From positions 111,114-175,113 of the forward strand of contig CAZPXS010000005.1 of assembly GCA_964590075.1 (NCBI GenBank): a stretch of 64,000 nt of DNA, written 5' to 3'. The notes under the pieces were generated by a model. The model saw only the letters and a program-made list of their open reading frames with translations, ran no database searches and was not told where the DNA came from. Shown here piece after piece: positions 10,538 through 19,786 of the stretch. The stretch's first letter is position 1; each line of letters starts with the position of its first letter. The stretch comes from an uncultured Aquificales bacterium. Its GTDB lineage: Bacteria > Thermosulfidibacterota > Thermosulfidibacteria > Thermosulfidibacterales > Thermosulfidibacteraceae. The position numbers were made by a program, and so were the translations under genes.

Positions 10538-11589
10538 GAAAGTTATGGAAGGGATGTGATGCTATAGCTGAAGCCGCCATTCAAGCTGGTTGTAGGTTTT
10601 TTGCAGGCTACCCGATTACTCCCCAGTCCCAGATACTGGAGTACATGTCCTGGCGGATGCCAGAGGTAGGTGGTGTGTTTATTCAGTCGGAGAGTGAACT
10701 TGCGGCTATAAACATAGTTATGGGAGCAAGTATAGCTGGTGTCAGAGCAATGACCGCCTCCAGTAGTCCGGGTATAAGCCTTATGCAGGAGGGTATATCC
10801 TACCTTGCCGGTATGGAGCTACCTGCGGTTATAGTTAATGTCAATAGAGGTGGCCCTGGTCTCGGCGGCATACAGCCAAATCAGGGTGACTATTTCCAGT
10901 CTACAAAAGGTGGTGGACATGGCGATTATAGAACATTCGTATTCGCTCCCCATACGGTACAGGAATCGGTTATATGTGTTTTTGATGCCTTCAGAATAGC
11001 CGATGAGTATAGGAATCCTGTAATTATTCATATAGATGGTATTATAGCACAGATGATGGAGTCGGTAGAGATAAATCCGTCCTGGTACACACCCCCTCCT
11101 CCTAAACCTTGGGCTCTAACCGGTTGTTACGGTAGGGAGCCTAGGATTATAAAGAGCCTCTATCTTGGTCCCGGCGAATTAACAGCTCATGACTGGAAGT
11201 TGGCGAAAAAGTACGAATCTATGAAGAAAGAGGTTAAATGGGAAGAGTATATGATAGAAAAGGATGATGAAATGGATCTTCTTATCGTTGCCTTTGGTAC
11301 GAGTGCGAGAGTTGCAAAATACGTAATTAAGGAGCTCAGGTCGGAGGGCTATAGTGTTGGTTTATTTAGACCTATAACCCTCTATCCCTATCCTGATGAT
11401 GCTCTAAGAGCTATCTCGGCTAGATCGAAGAAGATAGTGGTTGTTGAGATGAACACTGGGCAGATGTTGGAGGATGTTGAAAGGATCACGAGAAGAGACC
11501 TATACTTTGTTGGTAAGCCTTCCGATGTCTTTTATCCCGAGGAACTTTATGTAGAACTCAAAAGAATATTGGGGGTAAATCATGGGTAG
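10534..11589 (+). CDS. 2-oxoacid:ferredoxin oxidoreductase alpha subunit (PorA/KorA/VorA-like, domains I+II)
   Basis: 351 aa. N-terminal GCDAIAEAAIQAGCRFFAGYPITPQS is a hallmark of OFOR alpha subunits. The C-terminal part is transketolase-C-like. No beta or gamma subunit follows. Confidence 0.7.
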   Translation: MRKLWKGCDAIAEAAIQAGCRFFAGYPITPQSQILEYMSWRMPEVGGVFIQSESELAAINIVMGASIAGVRAMTASSSPGISLMQEGISYLAGMELPAVIVNVNRGGPGLGGIQPNQGDYFQSTKGGGHGDYRTFVFAPHTVQESVICVFDAFRIADEYRNPVIIHIDGIIAQMMESVEINPSWYTPPPPKPWALTGCYGREPRIIKSLYLGPGELTAHDWKLAKKYESMKKEVKWEEYMIEKDDEMDLLIVAFGTSARVAKYVIKELRSEGYSVGLFRPITLYPYPDDALRAISARSKKIVVVEMNTGQMLEDVERITRRDLYFVGKPSDVFYPEELYVELKRILGVNHG

Positions 11590-13651
11590 AGATCTATTAT
11601 TTGAGATAGGTACTGAAGAGATTCCAGCAAGATTTATGGAGTCTGCCTTTAGTTTTATAGAATCCTATACGAAAGAGAAGTTTAAGGAATACAGGATAGA
11701 TCACGGTAATATAAAGGTTACGGGGACGCCGAGGAGACTCGTTCTTTTCGTGGAGAATGTCGCAGAAAGACAGGCAAGGAAAGAGGAGGAGATAATAGGT
11801 CCGCCTGCTAATAAAGCCTTCGATGCAAGTGGAAACGTGACGAAAGCAGGTGAGGGATTTGCGAGATCCCATGGTGTTAGTGTTTCGGATCTCAAGGTAA
11901 AGAGCACACCAAAGGGCGAGTATGTTTATATAGTCAAGGTCGATGAGGGGAGAGACACAAGGGAGATACTTCCAGAGTTTTTTGTAAACCTGGTCAAGTC
12001 CATTCCCTGGCCTAAGTCGATGAGATGGGGAAGTAGAAGGATAAGGTTTGCAAGACCTATTCATTGGTTTTTGGCTCTCTTTGGAAGTGATGTTATAGAG
12101 TTTGAGATAGAGGATATAAAAAGTGGAAATATTACCTACGGCCATAGGTTCTTGTCCAAAGGGCCGATAGTTATAAAGGAACCTGCAAGTTACTTTTCAA
12201 AACTCAGAGACAATTTTGTCATCGTTGATCATTTGGAAAGGAGAGAGATCATATCCAAGCAGGTGGAGGAATGTGCAAAATCTATAGGTGCTCTACCTGA
12301 AAGGGACGAGAAGTTACTCGATGAGGTGAACTTTTTAGTTGAATATCCAGTTGCTCTACTTGGATCCTTCGAGAAGAAGTACCTCGAACTACCAGAGGAG
12401 GTATTAAAGGTTACGATGAAGGAGCATCAGAGATATTTTCCCGTAGTCTCCAGGGATGGTAGGTTACTGCCTCATTTTGTTGTGGTTGCCAATATCGTAA
12501 CAGATGATATGTCCGTTATAGTTAAGGGTAACGAGAGGGTTTTAAAGGCAAGGCTTAACGATGCGAAGTTCTTCTTTAATGAGGATAGTAAGGTTCCGCT
12601 TGAGGTTATGGTCGAAAAACTTAGGAATGTAGTTTTTCAGGAAAAGCTCGGTACGAGTTACGAAAAGATAATGCGTTTTAGAAGGGTAAGTAACTATCTT
12701 GCCGAAAAACTCGTTCCCGATAAGGTAACTATTGTAGATAGGTGTGCCTACCTTTGTAAGGCGGATCTTGAGTCTCAGATGGTCTATGAGTTTCCTGAGT
12801 TACAGGGTGTTATGGGTAGAGCCTACGCCTATCTTAAGGGTGAAAATCCTGAGGTTGCCGAGGGAATATTTGAGCATTATCTACCGAGATTTGCAGGTGA
12901 TGATTTACCCAAGACCGATGCGGGAGCTATAGTTGGGATAGCGGATAGAATAGATACGATAGTTGGGTATTTTGGTATAGGTGTGGTGCCAACGGGTAGC
13001 GAGGATCCCTATGGGTTAAGAAGGGATGCCTTGGCTATCGTACAGATAATCCTTGATAAGAAGTACAGGATTAGTCTTAGGGAATTGGTAAAACTTGCCA
13101 TTGAGGGATTGTTGGATAAGATAGAGAAGGATCCCAAGGTTCTCGAGGGGGAGGTTCTCAACTTCTTTAGAACAAGGATTTACCATTACTTTGTTAATGA
13201 GGGTATAAGAGGTGATGTGGTAGATGCGGTTTTGGATTCTGGATTCGATGATATCGTTGATGTTAAGCTGAGGGTAGAGTCCCTCTATGAGCTATCGAAG
13301 GATGAAAAGTTCGACGATATAATGAAGACCTTTAAGAGGGTGGTTAACATAATACCCGATGACTTTGAAGAAACTACCGTGGATGAGAATCTGTTTGAAA
13401 AGGATGAGGAAAGGTCTCTCTTTAGAGCCATACTTCAGGTTGAGGAGAGTGTGAGAAAGCATATTATGGGGGAAGATTATAAACTTGCCCTTAATGAGCT
13501 ACTATCTCTGAAACCTGTAGTCGATAGTTTCTTTGATAACGTCCTTGTTATGGATAGGGATGAGAAAAAGCGGAAAAACCGTTTGAGCCTGCTTAATAGA
13601 TTGGGGAGTCTCTTTAGGAGTATAGCTAATCTTAAAAAGGTAACGGTTTAA
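11582..13651 (+). CDS. glyS: Glycyl-tRNA synthetase beta subunit (tetrameric alpha2beta2 type)
   Basis: 689 aa. Characteristic GlyS N-terminus (LLFEIGTEEIPARF), HD-like domain and anticodon-binding C-terminus. Overlaps the preceding gene by 8 nt. glyQ is not in the window. Confidence 0.9.
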   Translation: MGRDLLFEIGTEEIPARFMESAFSFIESYTKEKFKEYRIDHGNIKVTGTPRRLVLFVENVAERQARKEEEIIGPPANKAFDASGNVTKAGEGFARSHGVSVSDLKVKSTPKGEYVYIVKVDEGRDTREILPEFFVNLVKSIPWPKSMRWGSRRIRFARPIHWFLALFGSDVIEFEIEDIKSGNITYGHRFLSKGPIVIKEPASYFSKLRDNFVIVDHLERREIISKQVEECAKSIGALPERDEKLLDEVNFLVEYPVALLGSFEKKYLELPEEVLKVTMKEHQRYFPVVSRDGRLLPHFVVVANIVTDDMSVIVKGNERVLKARLNDAKFFFNEDSKVPLEVMVEKLRNVVFQEKLGTSYEKIMRFRRVSNYLAEKLVPDKVTIVDRCAYLCKADLESQMVYEFPELQGVMGRAYAYLKGENPEVAEGIFEHYLPRFAGDDLPKTDAGAIVGIADRIDTIVGYFGIGVVPTGSEDPYGLRRDALAIVQIILDKKYRISLRELVKLAIEGLLDKIEKDPKVLEGEVLNFFRTRIYHYFVNEGIRGDVVDAVLDSGFDDIVDVKLRVESLYELSKDEKFDDIMKTFKRVVNIIPDDFEETTVDENLFEKDEERSLFRAILQVEESVRKHIMGEDYKLALNELLSLKPVVDSFFDNVLVMDRDEKKRKNRLSLLNRLGSLFRSIANLKKVTV

Positions 13652-13658
13652 GATAGCT

Positions 13659-14195
13659 TTAGAATATAAGTAGTGCTCCTAGGTGAAGGTATTTACCGTC
13701 CATTTGAAGGTTTAGGTTTATCCTGTTTGCCGTTTCAAAAACATCTATACTACAGGCTTCCAGGGATGGATAGGCGAGTTGTGGATGGCGGCAGGAATGG
13801 GGTGTACATCTATCGCATAGTCTACATCTACCCGATAAAAGTGGAAAAACCTTAAATATTCTGAGATCGTAGCAGTATTTTAGGATTGCTACACCGATCT
13901 TTCTCACATCCTCATGGGAGTAACCTGTAAAGAATATTGAGTACTTAAATTCTTTAAGGATTTCCCGCATCCTTTTAGCGTCGGGTGTGTATGGTGGGCA
14001 GGTTCTACTTTTACCGTAATCGGGGCAACCATACTCACACTTTAACCTTACCCACTCTCCAACTACAATCGCACTTGTTGTTGTTACTTTGACTATGGGA
14101 GAACCCAACTCCATTAACTTTTCGGTTATCAGCTTAACCGTTTCCTGTTCTTTACTCATGGGAATGGCTATATATTTACGTATATTACTTGTCAA
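13659..14195 (-). CDS. Predicted metal-binding protein (DUF2284-like, Cys-rich)
   Basis: 178 aa with clustered Cys motifs (CEYGCPDYGKSRTCPPY ... CRLCDRCTPHSC). Convergent with glyS. Confidence 0.45.
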   Translation of the reverse strand: MTSNIRKYIAIPMSKEQETVKLITEKLMELGSPIVKVTTTSAIVVGEWVRLKCEYGCPDYGKSRTCPPYTPDAKRMREILKEFKYSIFFTGYSHEDVRKIGVAILKYCYDLRIFKVFPLLSGRCRLCDRCTPHSCRHPQLAYPSLEACSIDVFETANRINLNLQMDGKYLHLGALLIF

Positions 14196-14250
14196 TAAAT
14201 CTATTTATGGTAAATAAGTCCATAATAAATCTATCAGGGAGGTGAGTGTT

Positions 14251-14703
14251 ATGGCGGCTCTAAAGGAGAGGATAACCCAGGATATGAAGGAGGCGATGAA
14301 GGAGAGGGATATTTTAAAGGTTTCGACGTTGAGACTACTTTTGGCTGAGATTAAAAATAAAGAGATAGATAAGAGAGGTGAACTTACCGATGAGGAGATA
14401 CTCTCTTTGATCCAAAAGGCTGTGAAACAGAGGGAGGAGTCTATAGAGCAGTATAGGAAGGGTAATAGAAGCGATCTGGTGGAGAAGGAAACAAAAGAGA
14501 TAGAGATATTAAAGAGTTATCTACCTGAACCACTTAGTGAAGAGGAACTCGATAGGATAATAGAGGAGACTATAAAAGAAGTTGGGGCTATGGGACCCAA
14601 GGATATGGGAAAGGTTATGAAGGCTATAATGCCAAAGGTCAAGGGCAGGGTGGATGGCAAGATCGTTAATGAAAGGGTGAGTATCAAACTACAGAATATC
14701 TGA
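14251..14703 (+). CDS. yqeY: GatB/YqeY domain protein
   Basis: 150 aa; MAALKERITQDMKEAMKERD ... matches the YqeY family. ATG at 14251 has a GGAGGTG RBS 6 nt upstream. The ORF track started it at an upstream GTG. Confidence 0.75.
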   Translation: MAALKERITQDMKEAMKERDILKVSTLRLLLAEIKNKEIDKRGELTDEEILSLIQKAVKQREESIEQYRKGNRSDLVEKETKEIEILKSYLPEPLSEEELDRIIEETIKEVGAMGPKDMGKVMKAIMPKVKGRVDGKIVNERVSIKLQNI

Positions 14704-14710
14704 TCTTCCT

Positions 14711-17032
14711 ATGGAGGGGGTTAGCTTAGATAGGTTTGATCTAGAAAGATTAGAGTTTAATAAGATAAAGGATGTACTTAGGGGATATGTATCCACATCC
14801 TTGGGACTAGAGGAGGTTGAGGATCTATCACCCTTAGGTGACCTCGATAGAATTGAAACTGAATTCAGGTTTGTTGAGGAGGCCTTTTTAGCTATTACGA
14901 CGGGTGAGGAGCTACCCTTTGCCTCTGTTACGGATGTGAGGGATATAGCCAATAGAAGTAGAATTCCAGGTAGTATCCTACAGCCGATAGAGATCCTCAG
15001 AATAAGGGATCATTTCTTGGTGGCTAAAAAGTTTAAGTTATTGTTGAAAGGCTATGAGAATCTTAGCCAGCTAGCGGATGAGTTGGTTATTTGTGAGGAC
15101 GTTGTAGATAAGATAGGGGAGAAAATAGATGATACAGGCTATATAAGGGATGAGGCGAGTACAGAACTGTCAGTGATAAGATCCAGGATAAGGTCGGTTA
15201 AGAATCGTATCATAAATAGGCTCAGAGAGCTTATAAACAATCCATCTATTTCAAAGGCTCTCCAGGATAGGGAGATCCACTTTAAGGGCGAAAGGTATAC
15301 CTTGGCCATAAGGAATGATATGGCAAGGTTTGTTAAGGGGATAGTCGTTGATGTCTCAAGTAGTGGAGCTACGTTGTTTGTCGAACCTATCGGTATAGTT
15401 GATCTTAACAACGAACTCGTATCTCTGATAGGTATGGAAAAGGCGGAGGAGCGTAAGATCTTAGGTGAGCTAACCTCCATGATTGGTACACATGCGAGAG
15501 CTATTTTAGATAATCTTAGGATAATTGGCAAACTTGATCTCGTATTTGCAAAGGCAAAGTTCATGATAGAGTATAAAGCTAATATACCTAAGGTTGGAAG
15601 GGAAAGGAGGATAGAGATCATCGAGGGAAGACATCCCTTACTTATAAAGGTTAAGGGTTTCGACACGACAGTTCCCATATCGGTTACCTTAAGTAAAGGG
15701 AAGAATACTATAATAATCACCGGCCCCAATATGGGTGGGAAAACGGTTACCCTAAAGACCATAGGTTTACTAACACTTATGGCCCTAAGTGCGATACCTG
15801 TTACGGCATCTAGGGATAGTTACTTTTATTTCGTGGATGGTGTGTACGCTGATATAGGTGATGAGCAGAATATAGAGGGGAGCTTATCTACCTTTGCCGG
15901 TCATATCGTTAACATAAAGAGGATACTCGAGAGGGCAACCGAGAATAGCCTTGTTCTTATAGATGAACTCGGTACGGGTACTGACCCTGTTGAAGGTAGT
16001 GCTTTAGCTACAGCTATTACTGAGAAACTACACTCTCTGGGTTCCTTCAACGTTATAACGACTCACCATAACAGTTTAAAGATGCTCGCTCTTAAGGTGG
16101 AAGGGATAGAGAACGCCTCAGTTGATTTTGATCCCGAGACCCTGGAACCGAAGTATAGACTTATATTGGGCATGGTGGGTAGTAGTAATGCCCTCTATAT
16201 CGCTAGGAGGATAGGATTACCGGAAGATATAATAGATAGGGCGAGCTCTATGATAGGGGATAGGAGGGAAGAGGAGGAGATAAAGCTTGGGATAAAATTT
16301 AGAGAAGAAGCGGAGAGAATGCTAAAAGAGGCAGAAAGGATAAGGGAAGAAGCTCGTTTGGAACTTGATAACGCTAAGAGGGAAGCTGAAAGGTTGATTC
16401 TAGATGCTAGAGACAGGGTAGAATCTCTCATAGAGAGTGTAAAGAGAGAGCTGAGGGACAGTGTTGGTGATTTATCGGGATCTAAGAAGGCCGATAGGGT
16501 TTTAATGGCAAAGAATATACTGAAGGAGTTTGTAAACTCCACTATAGGTAATTTTCAGGAGATAGAAATTGGTGATATAGTTATGGTTCAGGGGTTAAAT
16601 ATAAAGGGGAAAGTGGTTGAGAAAAGAGGTAACAGTTTCAGGATAGATACCGGAAGGATGAGTATGAATGTTTCAAAGGACTCTGTTAGGCTTGTTGAAA
16701 AGGGTAGTGAATCTGTTAGGTCAGAGGGCTTAAAGCAATCTCCCAGGGATATAAATGTATTTTTAGAGAGGCAGAGAAAAACCTTTTTCCCCGAAATTGA
16801 TGTTCGTGGTATGAGGGTTGATGAGGCTATAGCGGAGGTTGATAAGTTTCTAAACGATGCTCTTATTTTTAGCTTTTCTGAGGTTAGGATAATCCATGGT
16901 AAAGGTGAGGGTATATTAAGAAAAGCTATAGAGGAGTACCTTAAAGAGTTCCCATACGTTAGATCCTTTAGGTTGGCGGACGAAAGTGAAGGGGGTAGTG
17001 GAGTAACGGTTGTTTATTTGGATGTAAGGTAA
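14711..17032 (+). CDS. mutS2: Endonuclease MutS2
   Basis: 773 aa. MutS domain III/IV plus ABC ATPase (IITGPNMGGKTVTLKT; LVLIDELGTGTDP). C-terminal Smr domain. Confidence 0.9.
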   Translation: MEGVSLDRFDLERLEFNKIKDVLRGYVSTSLGLEEVEDLSPLGDLDRIETEFRFVEEAFLAITTGEELPFASVTDVRDIANRSRIPGSILQPIEILRIRDHFLVAKKFKLLLKGYENLSQLADELVICEDVVDKIGEKIDDTGYIRDEASTELSVIRSRIRSVKNRIINRLRELINNPSISKALQDREIHFKGERYTLAIRNDMARFVKGIVVDVSSSGATLFVEPIGIVDLNNELVSLIGMEKAEERKILGELTSMIGTHARAILDNLRIIGKLDLVFAKAKFMIEYKANIPKVGRERRIEIIEGRHPLLIKVKGFDTTVPISVTLSKGKNTIIITGPNMGGKTVTLKTIGLLTLMALSAIPVTASRDSYFYFVDGVYADIGDEQNIEGSLSTFAGHIVNIKRILERATENSLVLIDELGTGTDPVEGSALATAITEKLHSLGSFNVITTHHNSLKMLALKVEGIENASVDFDPETLEPKYRLILGMVGSSNALYIARRIGLPEDIIDRASSMIGDRREEEEIKLGIKFREEAERMLKEAERIREEARLELDNAKREAERLILDARDRVESLIESVKRELRDSVGDLSGSKKADRVLMAKNILKEFVNSTIGNFQEIEIGDIVMVQGLNIKGKVVEKRGNSFRIDTGRMSMNVSKDSVRLVEKGSESVRSEGLKQSPRDINVFLERQRKTFFPEIDVRGMRVDEAIAEVDKFLNDALIFSFSEVRIIHGKGEGILRKAIEEYLKEFPYVRSFRLADESEGGSGVTVVYLDVR

Positions 17033-18027
17033 CGTTCCCTTTTGTTACTCCTACGGGATACCGCATCGAGTTCGATTGAGGATCTGATACCCCTTTCGAA
17101 AAGGCAGGTTGCAAGGTAGGCTACCATAAGACCGTTATCTATGCACAGCTTTGGAGATGGAAAATATACCCTGATACCTTTTTTATCAGCCGTTTCCTTG
17201 AATTTTTCCCTGAGTCTTGAGTTACAGGCAACACCACCTGCAACAACAACCCTTGGTATCCCTCTCTCCTCCACAAGTTGTAATGTTTTTGCTATCAGAA
17301 AATCCACAACCCTCTCTTGGAAGGATGCGCATATATCCGCTATCAGTTCATCATCCAGATTCTGGTTCTTCACAAAGTTTACAACGTTAGTTTTTATGCC
17401 CGAGAAGCTAAAGTTGTAATCCGCGACCTTAGGTATAGGGAGCTTTATCTTTGAACTATCACCTTTTTTGGCTATTCTATCTATAATTGGGCCACCTGGG
17501 TATCCTAGATTAAGAATCTTGGCTACCTTATCAAAGGCTTCACCTGCCGCATCATCCAGTGTGATACCCACCTCCTCCACATCCAGATAATCCCTGGCAA
17601 CGAGTAAACTCGTATGTCCACCTGATACCACCAACCCTATAAACGGGAACTCAACTTCTTCTTCCAGCATTATGGCGAATAGATGTGCCTCGATATGATC
17701 GACCCCAACAAGTGGTATACCCGTTGCAAGATGAAGGGCTTTAGCAAAGGTCACTCCTATTATGAGGGATGGGATCAAACCAGGTCTATAGGTTACACCT
17801 ATACAGTCTATATCCTTGAGAGTTACCTTTGCCTCTTTTAAAGCACTATCAAAAAGTGGCAGGATATTATCGAGGTGCTTTCTCGCTGCGATTTCAGGTA
17901 CAACTCCTCCGAATAATGAGTGGATCTTGGCCTGTGAAGAGATGAGGTTAGAAAGTACCTCCCTTTTATCCTTAAGGACCGCTACACCTGTATCGTCACA
18001 GGATGTCTCAATCCCAACGACTATCAT
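17014..18027 (-). CDS. tsaD: tRNA N6-adenosine threonylcarbamoyltransferase (Kae1/TsaD family)
   Basis: MIVVGIETSCDDTGVAVL N-terminus with conserved His/Asp metal site motifs. The internal ATG is preceded by GGAGGA. 3' end overlaps mutS2 convergently by 19 nt. Confidence 0.85.
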   Translation of the reverse strand: MIVVGIETSCDDTGVAVLKDKREVLSNLISSQAKIHSLFGGVVPEIAARKHLDNILPLFDSALKEAKVTLKDIDCIGVTYRPGLIPSLIIGVTFAKALHLATGIPLVGVDHIEAHLFAIMLEEEVEFPFIGLVVSGGHTSLLVARDYLDVEEVGITLDDAAGEAFDKVAKILNLGYPGGPIIDRIAKKGDSSKIKLPIPKVADYNFSFSGIKTNVVNFVKNQNLDDELIADICASFQERVVDFLIAKTLQLVEERGIPRVVVAGGVACNSRLREKFKETADKKGIRVYFPSPKLCIDNGLMVAYLATCLFERGIRSSIELDAVSRRSNKRERYLTSK

Positions 18028-19574
18028 TCCTCTATCCTCCACTTCTCAATATTATACATTATCCCCGCCTTTTTAAGCTCTATCCCCTTTACCTTTCTAT
18101 GTAGGGCTATTAAGCTATCGGGGACATATAGGAAAATATAAGGTTGATCATCGTAGATCAACTTCTGTACCCTTCTATATATTTCTCTTCTCTTTCCGAG
18201 GTCAAACGTTGTTCTTGCAATCTCTAATAGTCTGTCAACCTCTTCGTTTTTGTATCCTATAAAGTTGAACTCTCCCGGTTGGGTTTTTGAGGAGTGCCAT
18301 ATATCGTAGGGATCGGAGTCAAAACCTGTTTGCCATCCAAGTAATACAGCCTGAAAGTTCCTCTCCTCTATGGTTCTGAGTAAAGCCTGCCATTCGAGAA
18401 CCCTTATGTTTACCTTTATCCCAAGTTTTTTTAGTTGGTACTGTATTATCTCTGCAGCAGCTATCCTCTGGTTGTTACCCTGGTTGGTTATTATCGTAAA
18501 TTCGAAAGTTTTTCCATCTTTGACGAGTACACCGTTTTTAAGTTTCCATCCCGCTTCTTCAAGTAGTTTCAAAGCCTTATCAGGATCGTATGGAAATGGC
18601 TTTAGATTGGGATCGTGATACTTTGAGCTTGGAGGGAATATTCCATTAGAGACACTTCCAAATCCAAGTAGGACAACGTCTACTATCATCTTTCTATCGA
18701 TACCGTAACAGAGGGCTTGTCTTACCCTTTTATCTTTAAATAGATCGAGTCTGAGGTTTAGGCCGAGGTAGGTGTAGGAAAAGGAAGGGTAATGGTAGCG
18801 GTTAAAGTTTTTTAAGAGGAAATCACTTTTTGTGAATTCCCTACTATACTGGAAGGGGCTGAGGTTCATAAGGTCGAGCTTTCCAGCCTTTAGTTCCATA
18901 AACATCGTTGAGGAATCGGGTATTATCCTGTAGATTATTCTATCTATCTGCGGCTTACCACCAAAGTAGTTTGGGTTTGCCCTTAGTTTTATGTATCTAC
19001 CTGTTTCCCACCTCTCCAGGATAAAGGGACCTGTGCCTACAGGGTATCTGTTGTACTTTGACCTATTTAAATCCTCATTTTTAAGTAGGTGTTCAGGAAT
19101 TATACCTGTCATCCAGGAATTTAGTGAAAAGGCATAGGGCTTCTTGTATCTTACTACAACTGTGTATTCATCGGGTGCGTAGACTTTATCTACAAGCATG
19201 AATTCACCGCTATAGGGAGTTGCAACGTTTGGATCCACTATCTTTTGGTAGGTAAAGATGACATCTCTGCTGGTAAAAGGTTTGCCATCGTGCCATAGAA
19301 CATTCCTTCTTAGGTGAAATACTATGGTTTTGCCACCATCCCTTATTTCCCAGCTTTCTGCAAGATCACCAACTACGTTTAGATCACCGTCGTATTTTAG
19401 AAGACCGTTGAATATGAGACCACTAACCGTGGCACTCGGGACATCAACGGCAAGTAGCGGCAGTAGTCTCTTAGGCTCTCCTATGCTCCCTATTGTTAGG
19501 GTAGAGGATATACACTTTGAGTAAAGGAGGAATAAGAATAGGATCGAGCTAATGGTTACCCTATACTTTCCCAT
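18024..19574 (-). CDS. ABC transporter substrate-binding protein, family 5 (peptide/nickel type). No permease or ATPase genes are adjacent.
   Basis: 516 aa with an N-terminal signal peptide. Length and motifs are typical of SBP_bac_5 (OppA/DppA/NikA-like). Confidence 0.7.
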   Translation of the reverse strand: MGKYRVTISSILFLFLLYSKCISSTLTIGSIGEPKRLLPLLAVDVPSATVSGLIFNGLLKYDGDLNVVGDLAESWEIRDGGKTIVFHLRRNVLWHDGKPFTSRDVIFTYQKIVDPNVATPYSGEFMLVDKVYAPDEYTVVVRYKKPYAFSLNSWMTGIIPEHLLKNEDLNRSKYNRYPVGTGPFILERWETGRYIKLRANPNYFGGKPQIDRIIYRIIPDSSTMFMELKAGKLDLMNLSPFQYSREFTKSDFLLKNFNRYHYPSFSYTYLGLNLRLDLFKDKRVRQALCYGIDRKMIVDVVLLGFGSVSNGIFPPSSKYHDPNLKPFPYDPDKALKLLEEAGWKLKNGVLVKDGKTFEFTIITNQGNNQRIAAAEIIQYQLKKLGIKVNIRVLEWQALLRTIEERNFQAVLLGWQTGFDSDPYDIWHSSKTQPGEFNFIGYKNEEVDRLLEIARTTFDLGKRREIYRRVQKLIYDDQPYIFLYVPDSLIALHRKVKGIELKKAGIMYNIEKWRIEE

Positions 19575-19786
19575 TCACCATCCGGCTTTTTCCAGAGGAG
19601 CTTTCCTGCAAGTAACTCCTCGAGAGCGATAAAGAACTCTTTTTTGAATCTAGGATTCTGTATAAGTGGGATATCCCCCTGATTTATGAGTTTTGCTCTC
19701 TTTTGAAGTATCACCGACAACCTGTACCTACTATCGAGTGATTCGATACCCCTATTTATCATTTCGACCTTTTTAAGCATGCTCAT
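19556..19786 (-). CDS. rpoZ: Probable RNA polymerase omega subunit
   Basis: 76 aa. SRYRLSVILQKRAKLI parallels the omega core NRFxLVxxAAxRARQL, and ALEELLAGKL parallels the second conserved helix. Sits between secF and the SBP gene. Confidence 0.5.
   Translation of the reverse strand: MSMLKKVEMINRGIESLDSRYRLSVILQKRAKLINQGDIPLIQNPRFKKEFFIALEELLAGKLLWKKPDGEWESIG

Noticed and set aside
10344-10580. 78-aa minus-strand ORF across the ferredoxin gene
   Set aside because: It is antisense to the clear 2x[4Fe-4S] motif gene, has no signals, and is a stop-free run by chance in an AT-poor stretch.
11500-11620. T-box or other leader riboswitch upstream of glyS, valS or cysS
   Set aside because: All three aaRS genes overlap or abut their upstream genes, so there is no leader space for a riboswitch.
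11597-12145. 182-aa minus-strand ORF antisense to glyS (and similar antisense ORFs at 15139-15762, 16195-16542, 42392-44162 and 53099-53938)
   Set aside because: Each is fully embedded antisense in a gene with strong, unambiguous family signatures. The translations are low-complexity with no motifs, RBS or coupling.
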